Shown here: positions 7,092 to 16,681 of the stretch, piece by piece
How positions within the stretch are numbered: the stretch's first letter is position 1
Layout of the letters: every line of letters starts with the position of its first letter
Virus record (IMG/VR): IMGVR_UViG_3300028615_000137
Location: 1-64,000 of that record
Length of the DNA: 64,000 bases
Strand: one strand, 5' to 3'
Origin: a virus
The notes under the pieces: model-generated
What the model was told of the DNA's origin: nothing
Seen by the model: only the letters and a program-made list of their open reading frames with translations
Database searches by the model: none
Translations under genes and position numbers: made by a program

Positions 7092-7264
7092 TTTAAAAGT
7101 CTTTCTAAAGATTTGGTAATCGAATCCATTCTTTTTACATTACATTCAAAGCACCAGAATGGGGACCACCGGGTTCCGGCCGGATTATTACATTCAATAG
7201 TAATGCATGTCTTACCTGTATGATATTTCTTACTATTACCTTCATGTTTAGGATCGTTATACAT
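7088..7264 (-). CDS. Small Cys-rich hypothetical protein (58 aa)
   Basis: Manual: MYNDPKHEGNSKKYHTGKTCITIECNNPAGTRWSPFWCFECNVKRMDSITKSLERLLK*; RBS ggagg. Confidence 0.65.
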   Translation of the reverse strand: MYNDPKHEGNSKKYHTGKTCITIECNNPAGTRWSPFWCFECNVKRMDSITKSLERLLK

Positions 7265-7342
7265 TCTATTTTCTTTCCTCCTCTTTTGTACAATTGTCTA
7301 AAACTCCACTTGTCAATCTCACTTCCCTATTTATAAAATTAG

Positions 7343-7415
7343 TGGGTCGTACAAGAATCGAACTTGTAACCGCCCGGTTAAAAGCCGGATGCTCTGCCAA
7401 TTGAGCTAACGACCC
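7343..7415 (-). tRNA. tRNA-Lys(UUU), CCA not encoded
   Basis: GGGTCGTTAGCTCAATTGGCAGAGCA-TCCGG CTTTTAA CCGGG-CGGTTACAAGTTCGATTCTTGTACGACCCA; full cloverleaf. Confidence 0.93.
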
Positions 7416-7421
7416 TAAAAT

Positions 7422-7616
7422 TCATCCTTCTTCATTGTATCCTACCGTTCTAAACTTATATAGCCACAAGCACTGTTTGCATTGTAGCTCTTCTTTCATA
7501 CTGTGCAACTCTTTTAGAGTCCTAACAGCGCGTCTACCTTCCGTCGAACGGCTTCGATAACAAAATAGCGTCTTGCCGTCTTCAGTCAGATGTATCTTTT
7601 TTACAGAATTTCTCAT
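7422..7616 (-). CDS. Hypothetical protein
   Basis: ORF track; H...C...CxxC. Confidence 0.55.
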   Translation of the reverse strand: MRNSVKKIHLTEDGKTLFCYRSRSTEGRRAVRTLKELHSMKEELQCKQCLWLYKFRTVGYNEEG

Positions 7617-7741
7617 ACAAAAACTTCAAAATCTCTACTTTTCCTAGTTGTTCGTAATATCTAGGTGTGCATCTATCTGAACCGTCACTTATCTTATCCA
7701 AGTCGTCTAAATGTGCACAATACATTTCTTCTAGCTTTGTT

Positions 7742-8344
7742 TCAATGCTCATTATTTACTTTCTTTACGAAATTTTTAATGTCGTCATAACTATTGGGAT
7801 ACATAATTATTTTAGTATCATCCGGCAACAACAATTCTAATGAATAATAGTTTTTATCATTCATTCCAAAAAAATCTATTACAAATTCTGTATCTTCTTT
7901 GAAAACGTTCGAATAATAATCATTTACTATTGTTACTAAATCGCCAACGTTAAAATCTTCTTCGGATTCTTGCATCCAAGGTTTAAAAGTTTTCAAATAC
8001 TCGATTGATGGAAAAATTCCTTCGAATCTAAAAGCTTTATCGTCTATGTAAATATCAGCAAAAGGCTTACAAAATGGAAAATCTATTCTATCAATTTGAC
8101 TTGGTAATACACCTTGGCGACCTAACCATCTTTGCATTTGCAAAACGTCCCTTGATTCCACATTTCTACACGAGAAGATATTGACTTCAAAATCGTCGCT
8201 ATCAACGAGCTTAATCAAAAAATCGATGGCATCTTGTACTGGAGGATCTGTAATAGGTACCCCCGGCCCTTCATATCCAGATTTAAAGCTATTTAAAACT
8301 CCGTCGAAGTCTATACTGACTATTGTTCTTCGTTTACTATTCAT
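7742..8344 (-). CDS. HAD-superfamily phosphatase (nucleotidase-like)
   Basis: Motif I IDFDGV, IFSCR, KPFADIYIDDKA. Confidence 0.8.
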   Translation of the reverse strand: MNSKRRTIVSIDFDGVLNSFKSGYEGPGVPITDPPVQDAIDFLIKLVDSDDFEVNIFSCRNVESRDVLQMQRWLGRQGVLPSQIDRIDFPFCKPFADIYIDDKAFRFEGIFPSIEYLKTFKPWMQESEEDFNVGDLVTIVNDYYSNVFKEDTEFVIDFFGMNDKNYYSLELLLPDDTKIIMYPNSYDDIKNFVKKVNNEH

Positions 8345-8419
8345 TGTTTAACTCTTATTTAAGATTTAGTAATAGATTATTCATATCTTTTTTATTCATA
8401 TTATTTCTCCTAAAATTAG

Positions 8420-8493
8420 CAGAACGTATAGGACTCGAACCTATAACCTACAGCTTAGAAGGCTGTTGCTCTATCCCGTTGAGCTAACGTTCC
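8420..8493 (-). tRNA. tRNA-Arg(UCU), CCA not encoded
   Basis: GGAACGTTAGCTCAACGGGATAGAGCA-ACAGC CTTCTAA GCTGT-AGGTTATAGGTTCGAGTCCTATACGTTCTG. Confidence 0.93.
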
Positions 8494-8792
8494 TTATTAA
8501 AATCTTTTTCAATTTCTTTTAATATATCGTAAACTTCTTTTGAAGTGGTTTCTTTTTCCCCTATTTTCTTTATCATTTCTGGTCTTTGATTTTTATACGG
8601 CGAAAATCTGGCTGTACTAGTAAAACTAGTAGGATTTTCGCCGCCAATTTTGAGAGAACTTTGTTGATACTCATGATGATGCAATTGTAGATATTCCCGT
8701 AGTTCTTTTATTTCAGCTTTCAAGGACATAATTTCTTCACGAAGAATAGAACGCAATTCGGAAATCTCGTTAAAAGCATCAGGCATTTTCAA
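8484..8792 (-). CDS. Hypothetical protein
   Basis: ORF track; last codons overlap tRNA-Arg 5' end. Confidence 0.6.
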   Translation of the reverse strand: MKMPDAFNEISELRSILREEIMSLKAEIKELREYLQLHHHEYQQSSLKIGGENPTSFTSTARFSPYKNQRPEMIKKIGEKETTSKEVYDILKEIEKDFNKER

Positions 8793-9009
8793 TTTCCTTC
8801 AACAGTCTGGCTCGCTCTTTCTTAGCTCCAATGTTCTTTCCGAGACGCTTGTCCAGCCGCTTAATCTGTTGCTTTGGAGTAAGATTATCGCGAACCTTCA
8901 TACGTTCTTCGTGTTCAAAGCGCTTTTGCTTTCTTTTATCTTCAGCGCGAACGTTACCAAACTTTGTCTTACGTATTTCCATTGTTAAATACCCATTCCC
9001 CTTCTTCAC
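8779..9009 (-). CDS. Small basic hypothetical protein
   Basis: LTPKQQIKRLDKRLG..GAKKERARL motif; start may be the internal Met. Confidence 0.65.
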   Translation of the reverse strand: MKKGNGYLTMEIRKTKFGNVRAEDKRKQKRFEHEERMKVRDNLTPKQQIKRLDKRLGKNIGAKKERARLLKEIENA

Positions 9010-9331
9010 CTTTAACCAAGAATTTTTGGTTTATATGTTTTCTTATCACAGATTTAACTAAAAGCAAGGCATAATTCATAGCTTCTTTATCATTTTTCTG
9101 ACCCATAAGAAACTCGGAAACTGCTGTAGTAACCAATCGCTTATAAAGTTCTGGAACATCTTTTTCAAAGATTAGGTAGATACCGTTGTCGTTATCAAAC
9201 CAAGCGATTGATATTTCGGGAATTTCTCTATCTGGATTTGTTACTTCGCTATAACAAGTTCCTAATTTCGAGTCCCGAATTATTGGAGCTCCAACGTAAT
9301 ATAGTGTAGGAGTTTTTTCTTCACTCGACAT
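8969..9331 (-). CDS. Hypothetical protein
   Basis: ORF track. Confidence 0.6.
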   Translation of the reverse strand: MSSEEKTPTLYYVGAPIIRDSKLGTCYSEVTNPDREIPEISIAWFDNDNGIYLIFEKDVPELYKRLVTTAVSEFLMGQKNDKEAMNYALLLVKSVIRKHINQKFLVKGEEGEWVFNNGNT

Positions 9332-9989
9332 ATTTAATATCCGAACGAATTAGCTTTGAATCATTTGCTATCGAATACAAAAAGTAATTTAAACAACCGG
9401 AACAAATTTCATACCCTTGATTTTGATATTTAAACATACGTCGAAGAGTAGATAAACCGAAAGTAATTTCGTTAATTACCATTCGCTTTCTGCCCACGTC
9501 CCAAAGTGTATAATCGCCCGTATGTAGCCTAAAGTCCGTAGGACCTTCCTTACTCAAAGCAAACTGACACAACGTGAAATCGAAAGTGTCCAACAAATTT
9601 TCTACGCAATCATAAAACCCAATGTTTATAAGTTGAATTTTATATTCTTTATCATAAAATGTTTCCGCTTCGTTTCCAATTAAAAATGTTGGTTCCTTTG
9701 AATGGGTAAATTTATAGGTAATTGCATGAGCATTTTCTTCAATCAATTCATGGCCCATTTTTTCAATGTTTTTCTTTAATTCATCAAATTGAACAGAATT
9801 ATGGCAGAAAAAGTCGATATCGCCTTTATCTAGCGGTTGTTTCGTAAGAAGACGTCTTAACAATCCTCCCGCTATCCAAGGACCTTCGTCGATTTTTCCC
9901 ACGTGTGGAAGATTTTCCAATAAATAGTACAATTCTACAAGATCAATATCACTTCTAGCACAAATTTCACTTAGATTATATGTCTGCAT
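9321..9989 (-). CDS. Nucleotidyltransferase (CCA-adding/poly(A) polymerase head-domain-like)
   Basis: WIAGGLLRR...GDIDFF and LLDTFDFTLCQFA motifs. Confidence 0.75.
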   Translation of the reverse strand: MQTYNLSEICARSDIDLVELYYLLENLPHVGKIDEGPWIAGGLLRRLLTKQPLDKGDIDFFCHNSVQFDELKKNIEKMGHELIEENAHAITYKFTHSKEPTFLIGNEAETFYDKEYKIQLINIGFYDCVENLLDTFDFTLCQFALSKEGPTDFRLHTGDYTLWDVGRKRMVINEITFGLSTLRRMFKYQNQGYEICSGCLNYFLYSIANDSKLIRSDIKYVE

Positions 9990-10106
9990 TTTCTTTCAAA
10001 TATTCCTTTACACAGCGTTCTATTTCTTTGCGACAAATTTTAAGAATAAAAGGTATGCTAAATCCTATTATCCCGACCAATACTAATGTATAAAATGTTT
10101 CGTCCA

Positions 10107-10313
10107 TCATAGTTCTATTTTTGGCATGTATTTTCTATACAATGCTTCTCCAATCTCTGCTTCAACTTCTTTCAATTTTTCTCTTATTGCATTTCTTTCC
10201 TTTTCGCCACGATTGAATCTAATCGCATCACCTTCTCGGTAATACCAATCGTGTCTCTTCAGAAGAGTTTCCAATTCTTCTATTTTTTCTTTATTTATTG
10301 ACATCCCTTGCAC
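10107..10313 (-). CDS. Hypothetical protein
   Basis: LKRHDWYY motif; coupled. Confidence 0.6.
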   Translation of the reverse strand: MQGMSINKEKIEELETLLKRHDWYYREGDAIRFNRGEKERNAIREKLKEVEAEIGEALYRKYMPKIEL

Positions 10314-10537
10314 TTACCAGGCTTAGATTGAAAGATAGCAGAACCGTCTGGATGTACAATAGAAATCAACTGCGGTTTAACATTTTCTTTAAAGTCTTGT
10401 TGCATTCTTTCTTCAGCTAATTCTTTAACACTGGGATAAGCATGCATTGCTTCTTCTGATAACAAAATGATTCTGCGCATATTTGACCAGGCATAAATCC
10501 CGTTACGTATTTCCCATATTGCTTTGTAATATTTCAT
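10295..10537 (-). CDS. Hypothetical protein
   Basis: ORF track, ATGA overlap. Confidence 0.6.
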   Translation of the reverse strand: MKYYKAIWEIRNGIYAWSNMRRIILLSEEAMHAYPSVKELAEERMQQDFKENVKPQLISIVHPDGSAIFQSKPGKCKGCQ

Positions 10538-11556
10538 TCGATCAAATGGGGGTGAGATTCCCGCGTGCCATTAGTACTTACTTTGACAAATTTAGCATTT
10601 TCTCTAAGTTGCGCTAAATCCGAGGCTCCGCAGTAGGACATTCCAGACCTGACACCGTCCATAATCGAATAGAGTACTTTACTTACTTTACCCTTATAAG
10701 GAACCAAAGTTTCAGCCCCTTCAATATGCTCAATCTCTGAATTGGCTTGTTCTTTGGAAGCATAAGAAGCACTTCCCCTATATATTTTGTACAATTTTCC
10801 ATTATGCTTTATTACATTTCCAGGAGTTTCGTCTGTACCAGCCAGCATCGAGCCTAACATAACCGCATTGGCACCCGCTGCTAGGCATTTTACGATGTCG
10901 CCAGAACTCCTAATGCCCCCATCGGCTATTATTCCGACTTCATGAGTATCTGTATATCGCCTTTCTTGGGCAATATCCAGGACACTTTGCAATGTAGGAT
11001 ATCCACATCCTGTTTGAATGCGAGTCGTACAAAGACTACCGCCACCGATACCTACTTTTACAGCAATTCTACTAAAATCGCTTTCTTCTATAGATTTAAT
11101 CAAAAATTTATAGGCTTCTTTAGTAGCAATATTGCCTACGATTACGTTTATTTTTGGAAAATTTTGTAGGATTTCTTTCAGAACTTTCAACGTTCGATTG
11201 CTATGGGCATGCGCAACGTCGATGCAAACCAACTTCACAGTATCACAACTATGAATTCTATCTATCCAATCATAGTCAATGCCCACTGAAATTCCGCACG
11301 TGCACATTGTCACTTGTCTTGCTTGTTGATCAACACTATTAAATCGATGAATAATGCCCAATCCACCGTGTGCATGCATCGTGCTTGCCATTTTCCATTC
11401 GCAAATAGTAGCCATGTTTGCGGCAATAATTGGCATCGTTACATGTATGTTGCCAATTCTCGAACTGGTATCTATATTCTTTCGACTTTCTATATCACTA
11501 CGGTTAGGAACCAATAGAACATCGTCGAATGTTACAGCTTCTGTCACACATACCAT
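10534..11556 (-). CDS. guaB: IMP dehydrogenase/GMP reductase family (no CBS domains)
   Basis: [53 protein letters not shown]; IMPDH versus GMPR not resolved. Confidence 0.88.
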   Translation of the reverse strand: MVCVTEAVTFDDVLLVPNRSDIESRKNIDTSSRIGNIHVTMPIIAANMATICEWKMASTMHAHGGLGIIHRFNSVDQQARQVTMCTCGISVGIDYDWIDRIHSCDTVKLVCIDVAHAHSNRTLKVLKEILQNFPKINVIVGNIATKEAYKFLIKSIEESDFSRIAVKVGIGGGSLCTTRIQTGCGYPTLQSVLDIAQERRYTDTHEVGIIADGGIRSSGDIVKCLAAGANAVMLGSMLAGTDETPGNVIKHNGKLYKIYRGSASYASKEQANSEIEHIEGAETLVPYKGKVSKVLYSIMDGVRSGMSYCGASDLAQLRENAKFVKVSTNGTRESHPHLIE

Positions 11557-11712
11557 GAAAATAATTCTTCCTTTTTTTCTACTTCTTTAGGGATATTATC
11601 GATCAAATTATCGTTTGCTTCTTTTAACGTGTCGCCAACTCCATAATATTTTCCTACTATGACGATAAAATTATTCTTTTCTGTGCTATAAAAGCTTTTA
11701 AAAATCATTCAT

Positions 11713-11922
11713 TCATTCTCCCTTCAAATATTCTTCGGCGGATTCGTACTGTATTTCGATGATCTGTCTAAAATATAGATAATCATTTTCCGCTCTACAC
11801 GAAAAATTACAGTTATCGCCATGACAATGACGTATTTCCCTATTATGCTGAGTCATTTCTGTTCCGTAATAATGACAACCGCACTTTGGACACGTGAACT
11901 CTAGATATTTTGAAACTTTCAT
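11713..11922 (-). CDS. Small zinc-ribbon protein
   Basis: CPKC...CH..C. Confidence 0.6.
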   Translation of the reverse strand: MKVSKYLEFTCPKCGCHYYGTEMTQHNREIRHCHGDNCNFSCRAENDYLYFRQIIEIQYESAEEYLKGE

Positions 11923-11956
11923 ATTATTTTTTTAGCAAATAACGAAAGTTATGCAA

Positions 11957-12502
11957 TCAAATTAACGAAATTAAATTTTCTACATCTCCGAAAAGTGCAG
12001 GAAAGTAATCCCATGCATCTACACCCACGTGTATACAATTTCCTTGTATCTTTTTCTTGCTGTGTGTGTGGCCGTGTATAAGCACTTCACCCTTGTTCTT
12101 TTGGGGTCTGCGACCTTCGAAGCGCTTATCTTTACTGTCTGGTAAATAGGGGAAATGGTTAACTCTGCAAGTTTTTCCACCTATGTTGGTAACAAATTCT
12201 TCCAAGACCAAATCGAACCCCATTTTTGCCATTCTGCTTTGACTGCTATCGTGATTGCCCCTAACCAATATTTTATAGCCATTTAATTTGTACATTATTT
12301 TGTTTTTGGCATAGTCTGGAGCACAAAAAAAGCAATCCCCTGTCCATACAACTACATCTTCTTTGCCAATTACTTGGTTATAACGAAAGATTAATTCATC
12401 TTCCATGTGCAATATTGTTGTAAATGGTCGTTGGCAAAAGCCAATGATATTGTGATGGCCAAAATGGGGATCACTAAAAAATGCTTTTATCAGCTTATTC
12501 AT
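11957..12502 (-). CDS. Calcineurin-like metallophosphoesterase
   Basis: SDPHFGH, GD, GNHD, HGHTH, VGVD; start moved to ATG 12502. Confidence 0.88.
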   Translation of the reverse strand: MNKLIKAFFSDPHFGHHNIIGFCQRPFTTILHMEDELIFRYNQVIGKEDVVVWTGDCFFCAPDYAKNKIMYKLNGYKILVRGNHDSSQSRMAKMGFDLVLEEFVTNIGGKTCRVNHFPYLPDSKDKRFEGRRPQKNKGEVLIHGHTHSKKKIQGNCIHVGVDAWDYFPALFGDVENLISLI

Positions 12503-12504
12503 GT

Positions 12505-12705
12505 TTAAAAAATATATGCGCTCAAAACACCTATAAAAGCGCTTTGTATACCAATTACTACCCAAAGCGCCATGAACCTATCTTCATGTTTTTCAGAAGT
12601 TTTCATATGCTCTTCTTTCCAATTTCTTAAATTGTTTATGCAATCTTCCAACAAATTAATTTTGACTTCCATCTTTTGCATTAGGGCCCTGTCTTCTCTA
12701 TTCAT
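12505..12705 (-). CDS. Hypothetical membrane protein
   Basis: Coiled coil plus C-terminal hydrophobic helix. Confidence 0.6.
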   Translation of the reverse strand: MNREDRALMQKMEVKINLLEDCINNLRNWKEEHMKTSEKHEDRFMALWVVIGIQSAFIGVLSAYIF

Positions 12706-13111
12706 TGTTTTCCTCTTTCGGTGGTATGTGTGCTAAATCGTTTCTGTTCAAATACTCTACACCCAATGCTCGAAATACATAATCGATTATAGATGTAGAA
12801 AATTTTATATTTTCATGCCCTCTGACAGAGCCAGAAGGCTCAAATCTTGTAAAGGTAAAATGTTCTACGAACGTTTCCAAAGGAACACCGTGTTGTAATC
12901 CTATTGATACGGCGCGTGTGAAACAATTGATCAATGATTGATCTACGTTTCCTTCCTTATTCACATTCAAGAAGATTTCCCCTGGTTGTCCAGTATCATA
13001 TTCACCAATAGTCAAAAATATTCTCCTATCGCCAATTTCAACTTCTTGAATATGACTATTGCGCTTCTTAGGCAATTTATGTCTAGTAGTATTTGGGGGC
13101 CCAAATTTCAT
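12698..13111 (-). CDS. Stand-alone C-terminal (TSCPD-type) domain of class II ribonucleotide reductase
   Basis: GEY..GQPGEIF..KEG, AVSIGLQHGVPLETFVEHFTFTRFEPSG, TSIIDYVFR. Confidence 0.85.
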   Translation of the reverse strand: MKFGPPNTTRHKLPKKRNSHIQEVEIGDRRIFLTIGEYDTGQPGEIFLNVNKEGNVDQSLINCFTRAVSIGLQHGVPLETFVEHFTFTRFEPSGSVRGHENIKFSTSIIDYVFRALGVEYLNRNDLAHIPPKEENNE

Positions 13112-13515
13112 TAATTTTTCCTCGGAAGGATGTAAACGTGAATGATCATATTTTCTTGTCTAGCCTTCCTAATCATATCTAAAGTGCCGGTACTTTCCGC
13201 GTCCCATATTGCGACACAAGCATCACCGTATTTAGCCATCGCGGAATTTCGCTTTACACCTGCACTAAAATCTTTTTTGCCAGTTACTTCGTTGACCCAC
13301 TTCGCCTCAAATCGTTTTACATCTATACCTCTTTTTTGAGCCCATTTTTCACCCAATCTATCGGCTCCTCTAGCAGAGCCGCTAACAACTTCACATATGT
13401 CTTTATGCGAAGTTGTACAATATAGTTGTATAAATTCTGCCATGGCAGCATCCACGTCTTCTTGTTTGACGTTTTCTCTACTTCCAGCTACGACAACTTT
13501 CATATCACTAAACAT
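13111..13515 (-). CDS. SLOG-family (YspA/DUF2493-like) protein
   Basis: VVAGSR, VVSGSARGAD, AGVKRN..MA, WD..STGT..MI. Confidence 0.85.
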   Translation of the reverse strand: MFSDMKVVVAGSRENVKQEDVDAAMAEFIQLYCTTSHKDICEVVSGSARGADRLGEKWAQKRGIDVKRFEAKWVNEVTGKKDFSAGVKRNSAMAKYGDACVAIWDAESTGTLDMIRKARQENMIIHVYILPRKN

Positions 13516-13939
13516 TTCTCACCTTTTTATATGTATTAAATAGCGAAATTATTTGAAGATCCGGTTCCCCATAAAATTCACTAAAAAGTATATCTCTAAT
13601 TCCTACGCTATATATCGCCTTTAAACAGTCAAAGCAAGGTTCGGTCGTGCAATATAGCTTGGAATCTTCTAGACGTATACCATTTTTTGCAGCTTGGAAG
13701 ATAGCATTTTGTTCGGCGTGAATTGTTCTCTTACAGTGACCATCAATCATTAGATGACCAACGTCGTCGCAATGTTCTTCATTTGGTAGAGAACCATTGT
13801 ATCCAGTACTCAATATAGTTTTATCTCTAACTATTACCGCGCCGACGTGTTTCCTGGCACACGTGGCTCTTGTTGCTACCATCTTTGCTATGTCGATGAA
13901 GTAATTGTCCCAATCTTTTCTTGTTTCTTGCTTTACCAA
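13508..13939 (-). CDS. dCMP deaminase
   Basis: RATC..VGAVI, TGYNG, HAEQNA, PCxxC. Confidence 0.92.
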   Translation of the reverse strand: MVKQETRKDWDNYFIDIAKMVATRATCARKHVGAVIVRDKTILSTGYNGSLPNEEHCDDVGHLMIDGHCKRTIHAEQNAIFQAAKNGIRLEDSKLYCTTEPCFDCLKAIYSVGIRDILFSEFYGEPDLQIISLFNTYKKVRNV

Positions 13940-14072
13940 TTTCGTAAACCCCCGAGAATATTACAATAGCACCAACAAAACCTATATAAAGAGAAAATAT
14001 TATAGATATTATTGGCAAAGATATACATGCGGCCAACGCTGCAAAACAAAGCCAAAACAAGTTATGAATCAT
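13827..14072 (-). CDS. Hypothetical membrane protein
   Basis: Two hydrophobic helices; long overlap with next gene lowers certainty. Confidence 0.45.
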   Translation of the reverse strand: MIHNLFWLCFAALAACISLPIISIIFSLYIGFVGAIVIFSGVYEIGKARNKKRLGQLLHRHSKDGSNKSHVCQETRRRGNS

Positions 14073-14159
14073 GAAAAATATTATATCAAGTACTTTTTAC
14101 TATGCAATAACTTTTTTTCCGTTTATTATAGAAATTCGGAAATATAAACGAGGTTTTAC

Positions 14160-14390
14160 ATGGCAAAAGGTATTTTAGAATTTGAACTTCCAGTCGAACA
14201 AGTCGAATTTGACATGGCACAAGACGGATTGCGTGCTATAAACGTTTTGTACTCTATGGACCAACACCTAAGGGGGTTGATAAAGTACACAGAACTCCCA
14301 GATGAAGTTAACGAAATGGTTATGGAAATAAGAGAAAAGCTCTTCGAGTTAATCGAAGAAGAGAATGTTAGACATATTTTTGGAGATTAA
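14160..14390 (+). CDS. Hypothetical phage protein
   Basis: First gene after strand switch; RBS gagg. Confidence 0.75.
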   Translation: MAKGILEFELPVEQVEFDMAQDGLRAINVLYSMDQHLRGLIKYTELPDEVNEMVMEIREKLFELIEEENVRHIFGD

Positions 14391-14392
14391 AA

Positions 14393-14923
14393 ATGGACGA
14401 AAAGACAAAGAAGGCATACGAAAATGTAAAGAAATTCCGGGAGACGGCAGGATATCGTTCAATGGATGCGATATTGAAAATTGCAAATATAGAAATTGCT
14501 GCATCTATCCTACCTCGAGTCGATAGCACTCTTCCGATGACTTGGATGGTGAGAATTTGCCGCGAAGGTAAGTATTATTACGGACCCCATGCCCCCTATG
14601 AAGAAGAGTTGCAAGATTGGAGACAAGAAAATTCGCATCTACCATTGGAAAAATATTGTCCAAATTTGGCTGATTTTGTAGCTACTATTCTCACTACAAT
14701 TTCGTTGGCCGTTAATTACAGCAAAGAAGATTGGGCCAATTCTCAACTTGGACATGCTTCAGGGTACGAAGCTCTAAGAGAAGAATTTGATATTTTTAAG
14801 AGTTTCTTCGATAAAAAAGAATTTGAGTATTTGGTTTATTTCTTAGCAGCCGCACAAGTTGAATTGGTAGAACAAGATCGATTTGACGAGATGAAGAAAG
14901 AAAATAAACTTATCTTAAATTAA
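14393..14923 (+). CDS. Hypothetical protein
   Basis: ORF track. Confidence 0.7.
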   Translation: MDEKTKKAYENVKKFRETAGYRSMDAILKIANIEIAASILPRVDSTLPMTWMVRICREGKYYYGPHAPYEEELQDWRQENSHLPLEKYCPNLADFVATILTTISLAVNYSKEDWANSQLGHASGYEALREEFDIFKSFFDKKEFEYLVYFLAAAQVELVEQDRFDEMKKENKLILN

Positions 14924-14924
14924 T

Positions 14925-15107
14925 ATGCGGAAAAACAAAAAGAGATATAAATCTACCATTCGTAAATGCGTAGCTTGTGATGTTATTGCAAGTAAGCATA
15001 TAGATGGAAAATCAGTATGCACACTTTGCTATAAATTATATAAACACAATCGTAAATTGTTTCATCAATGTGTAGAAGAAATGGATCGACTAAATGGCAT
15101 GGGATAA
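14925..15107 (+). CDS. Small zinc-finger-like protein
   Basis: CxxC...CxxC. Confidence 0.55.
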   Translation: MRKNKKRYKSTIRKCVACDVIASKHIDGKSVCTLCYKLYKHNRKLFHQCVEEMDRLNGMG

Positions 15108-15360
15108 TACGACTTTAGAAATAAGTGCTGTTGACGGCAAAATAATCATTAATCAAATAAGAAGCGGCATGTTCCGAGAATCATTTTGTTGTTTGGATCA
15201 AACTATCGGCAGTTTTATTAGAGCGTGCTCTAGCGGCGTTGTAAATTTTGGCAATAGAAATTTTAAAATAAAATTTACAGATGAAGAAATACAAAATATT
15301 TATGGCGGATTTTCAATAGAGAAAATAGTAAAGGTAGAGCGAGAAAATGACTTTTTATAA
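15094..15360 (+). CDS. Hypothetical protein
   Basis: ORF track. Confidence 0.55.
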   Translation: MAWDNTTLEISAVDGKIIINQIRSGMFRESFCCLDQTIGSFIRACSSGVVNFGNRNFKIKFTDEEIQNIYGGFSIEKIVKVERENDFL

Positions 15361-16147
15361 TGAGTTGGTATATTTAAATCTTCTAGAAAAAATTCTAGTT
15401 AATGGAAGTGTAAAAAGCGATCGAACTGGTACTGGCACGAGAAGTCTCTTTGGTCAAACCATGCGCTTTGATTTGCGCGATAGTTTTCCGCTTTTGACTA
15501 CGAAAAAAATGTATTGGAAAGGTATAGTACACGAACTATTGTGGTTCCTTTCTGGCAGCACCAACATTGATTATTTAAAGCAAAATAAAGTCAATATTTG
15601 GAATGAATGGGCAGATGAAACGGGAGAATTGGGTCCTGTTTACGGCTTTCAATGGAGAAATTTCAACAATCAAAATGTTGATCAAATATCTGAATTGATA
15701 ACTTCTTTGAAAACTAACCCCGATTCCAGGCGACATATTGTTACTGCTTGGAATCCCGCACAAATACACGAAATGAATTTGCCACCATGTCACATGATGT
15801 TTCAATGTTATGTCGATAATGGCTATCTTTCTCTAATGATGTATCAAAGAAGTGCCGATATGTTCCTCGGAATGCCTTTTAACATCGCTAGTTACGCTTT
15901 GTTGACTCATATGATAGCACATGTATGTAATCTAAAGGCTGACAAATTAATTATCACAGTGGGCGATGCTCACATATATTCTAACCATATAGAACAATGT
16001 TACGAGCAGATCGGACGTGAAATGTATCTTGGTCCTACTTTGCAACTCAATTCTAATATAAAAGATATTTTTTGCTTTACTTTCGATCACATTATGCTAA
16101 AAAATTATAAGAGTCGTCCAAAACTTAAGGGAGAAATTGCAGTATGA
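15347..16147 (+). CDS. thyA: Thymidylate synthase
   Basis: DRTGTGT, FPLLTTKK, ELLWFL, DSRRHIVTAWNP, LPPCH, YQRSADMFLG.PFNIASY. Confidence 0.97.
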   Translation: MTFYNELVYLNLLEKILVNGSVKSDRTGTGTRSLFGQTMRFDLRDSFPLLTTKKMYWKGIVHELLWFLSGSTNIDYLKQNKVNIWNEWADETGELGPVYGFQWRNFNNQNVDQISELITSLKTNPDSRRHIVTAWNPAQIHEMNLPPCHMMFQCYVDNGYLSLMMYQRSADMFLGMPFNIASYALLTHMIAHVCNLKADKLIITVGDAHIYSNHIEQCYEQIGREMYLGPTLQLNSNIKDIFCFTFDHIMLKNYKSRPKLKGEIAV

Positions 16148-16368
16148 GTATTTTCGATACGAAAAAAGCGAAATTTTGTTACAAGCTGAAGCGACGAATT
16201 GACGATGTACAATTTAATAGACCATATGAAGATTATGTCTTTTCTACCAATCTTCCCAATGGTCAAAAGAAGTTTTTTTCTCTACCTTTTCCGATCGATA
16301 ATCCGCCTACGGCAGAAGACGTCAAGGTGATGGTAGAACATAAAATCAATAAGATTTTGAACACTTAA
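16144..16368 (+). CDS. Hypothetical protein
   Basis: ORF track, ATGA overlap. Confidence 0.55.
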   Translation: MSIFDTKKAKFCYKLKRRIDDVQFNRPYEDYVFSTNLPNGQKKFFSLPFPIDNPPTAEDVKVMVEHKINKILNT

Positions 16369-16390
16369 TTATTTTTGGTAATATTAAAGT

Positions 16391-16681
16391 ATGGAATTTA
16401 GTAAAGCCGAAAAGGCGGAATTAAAAAGGCAAACTTTAGAATGCCAAATTCTAATAGCTTTACTACCATTCAAAAAGGCAGAACACTTTCATAGCGACTT
16501 TGCTAAATGGGTAAGTGATAAATACAGGGAAGCATTTTTACAAGACGAAAAAATCTCTACGAAAGTGCCAAGAGTTTTGCGAAGCGTTAATACGAAGAAA
16601 TTTTATGTTCAAGTCGAATTCGTACACGAAAACGATAGAGAATGTCGAACAGATCAATTCTCTAAAGCTGCTCAATCCTGA
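16391..16681 (+). CDS. Hypothetical protein
   Basis: ORF track; overlaps next ORF. Confidence 0.5.
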   Translation: MEFSKAEKAELKRQTLECQILIALLPFKKAEHFHSDFAKWVSDKYREAFLQDEKISTKVPRVLRSVNTKKFYVQVEFVHENDRECRTDQFSKAAQS

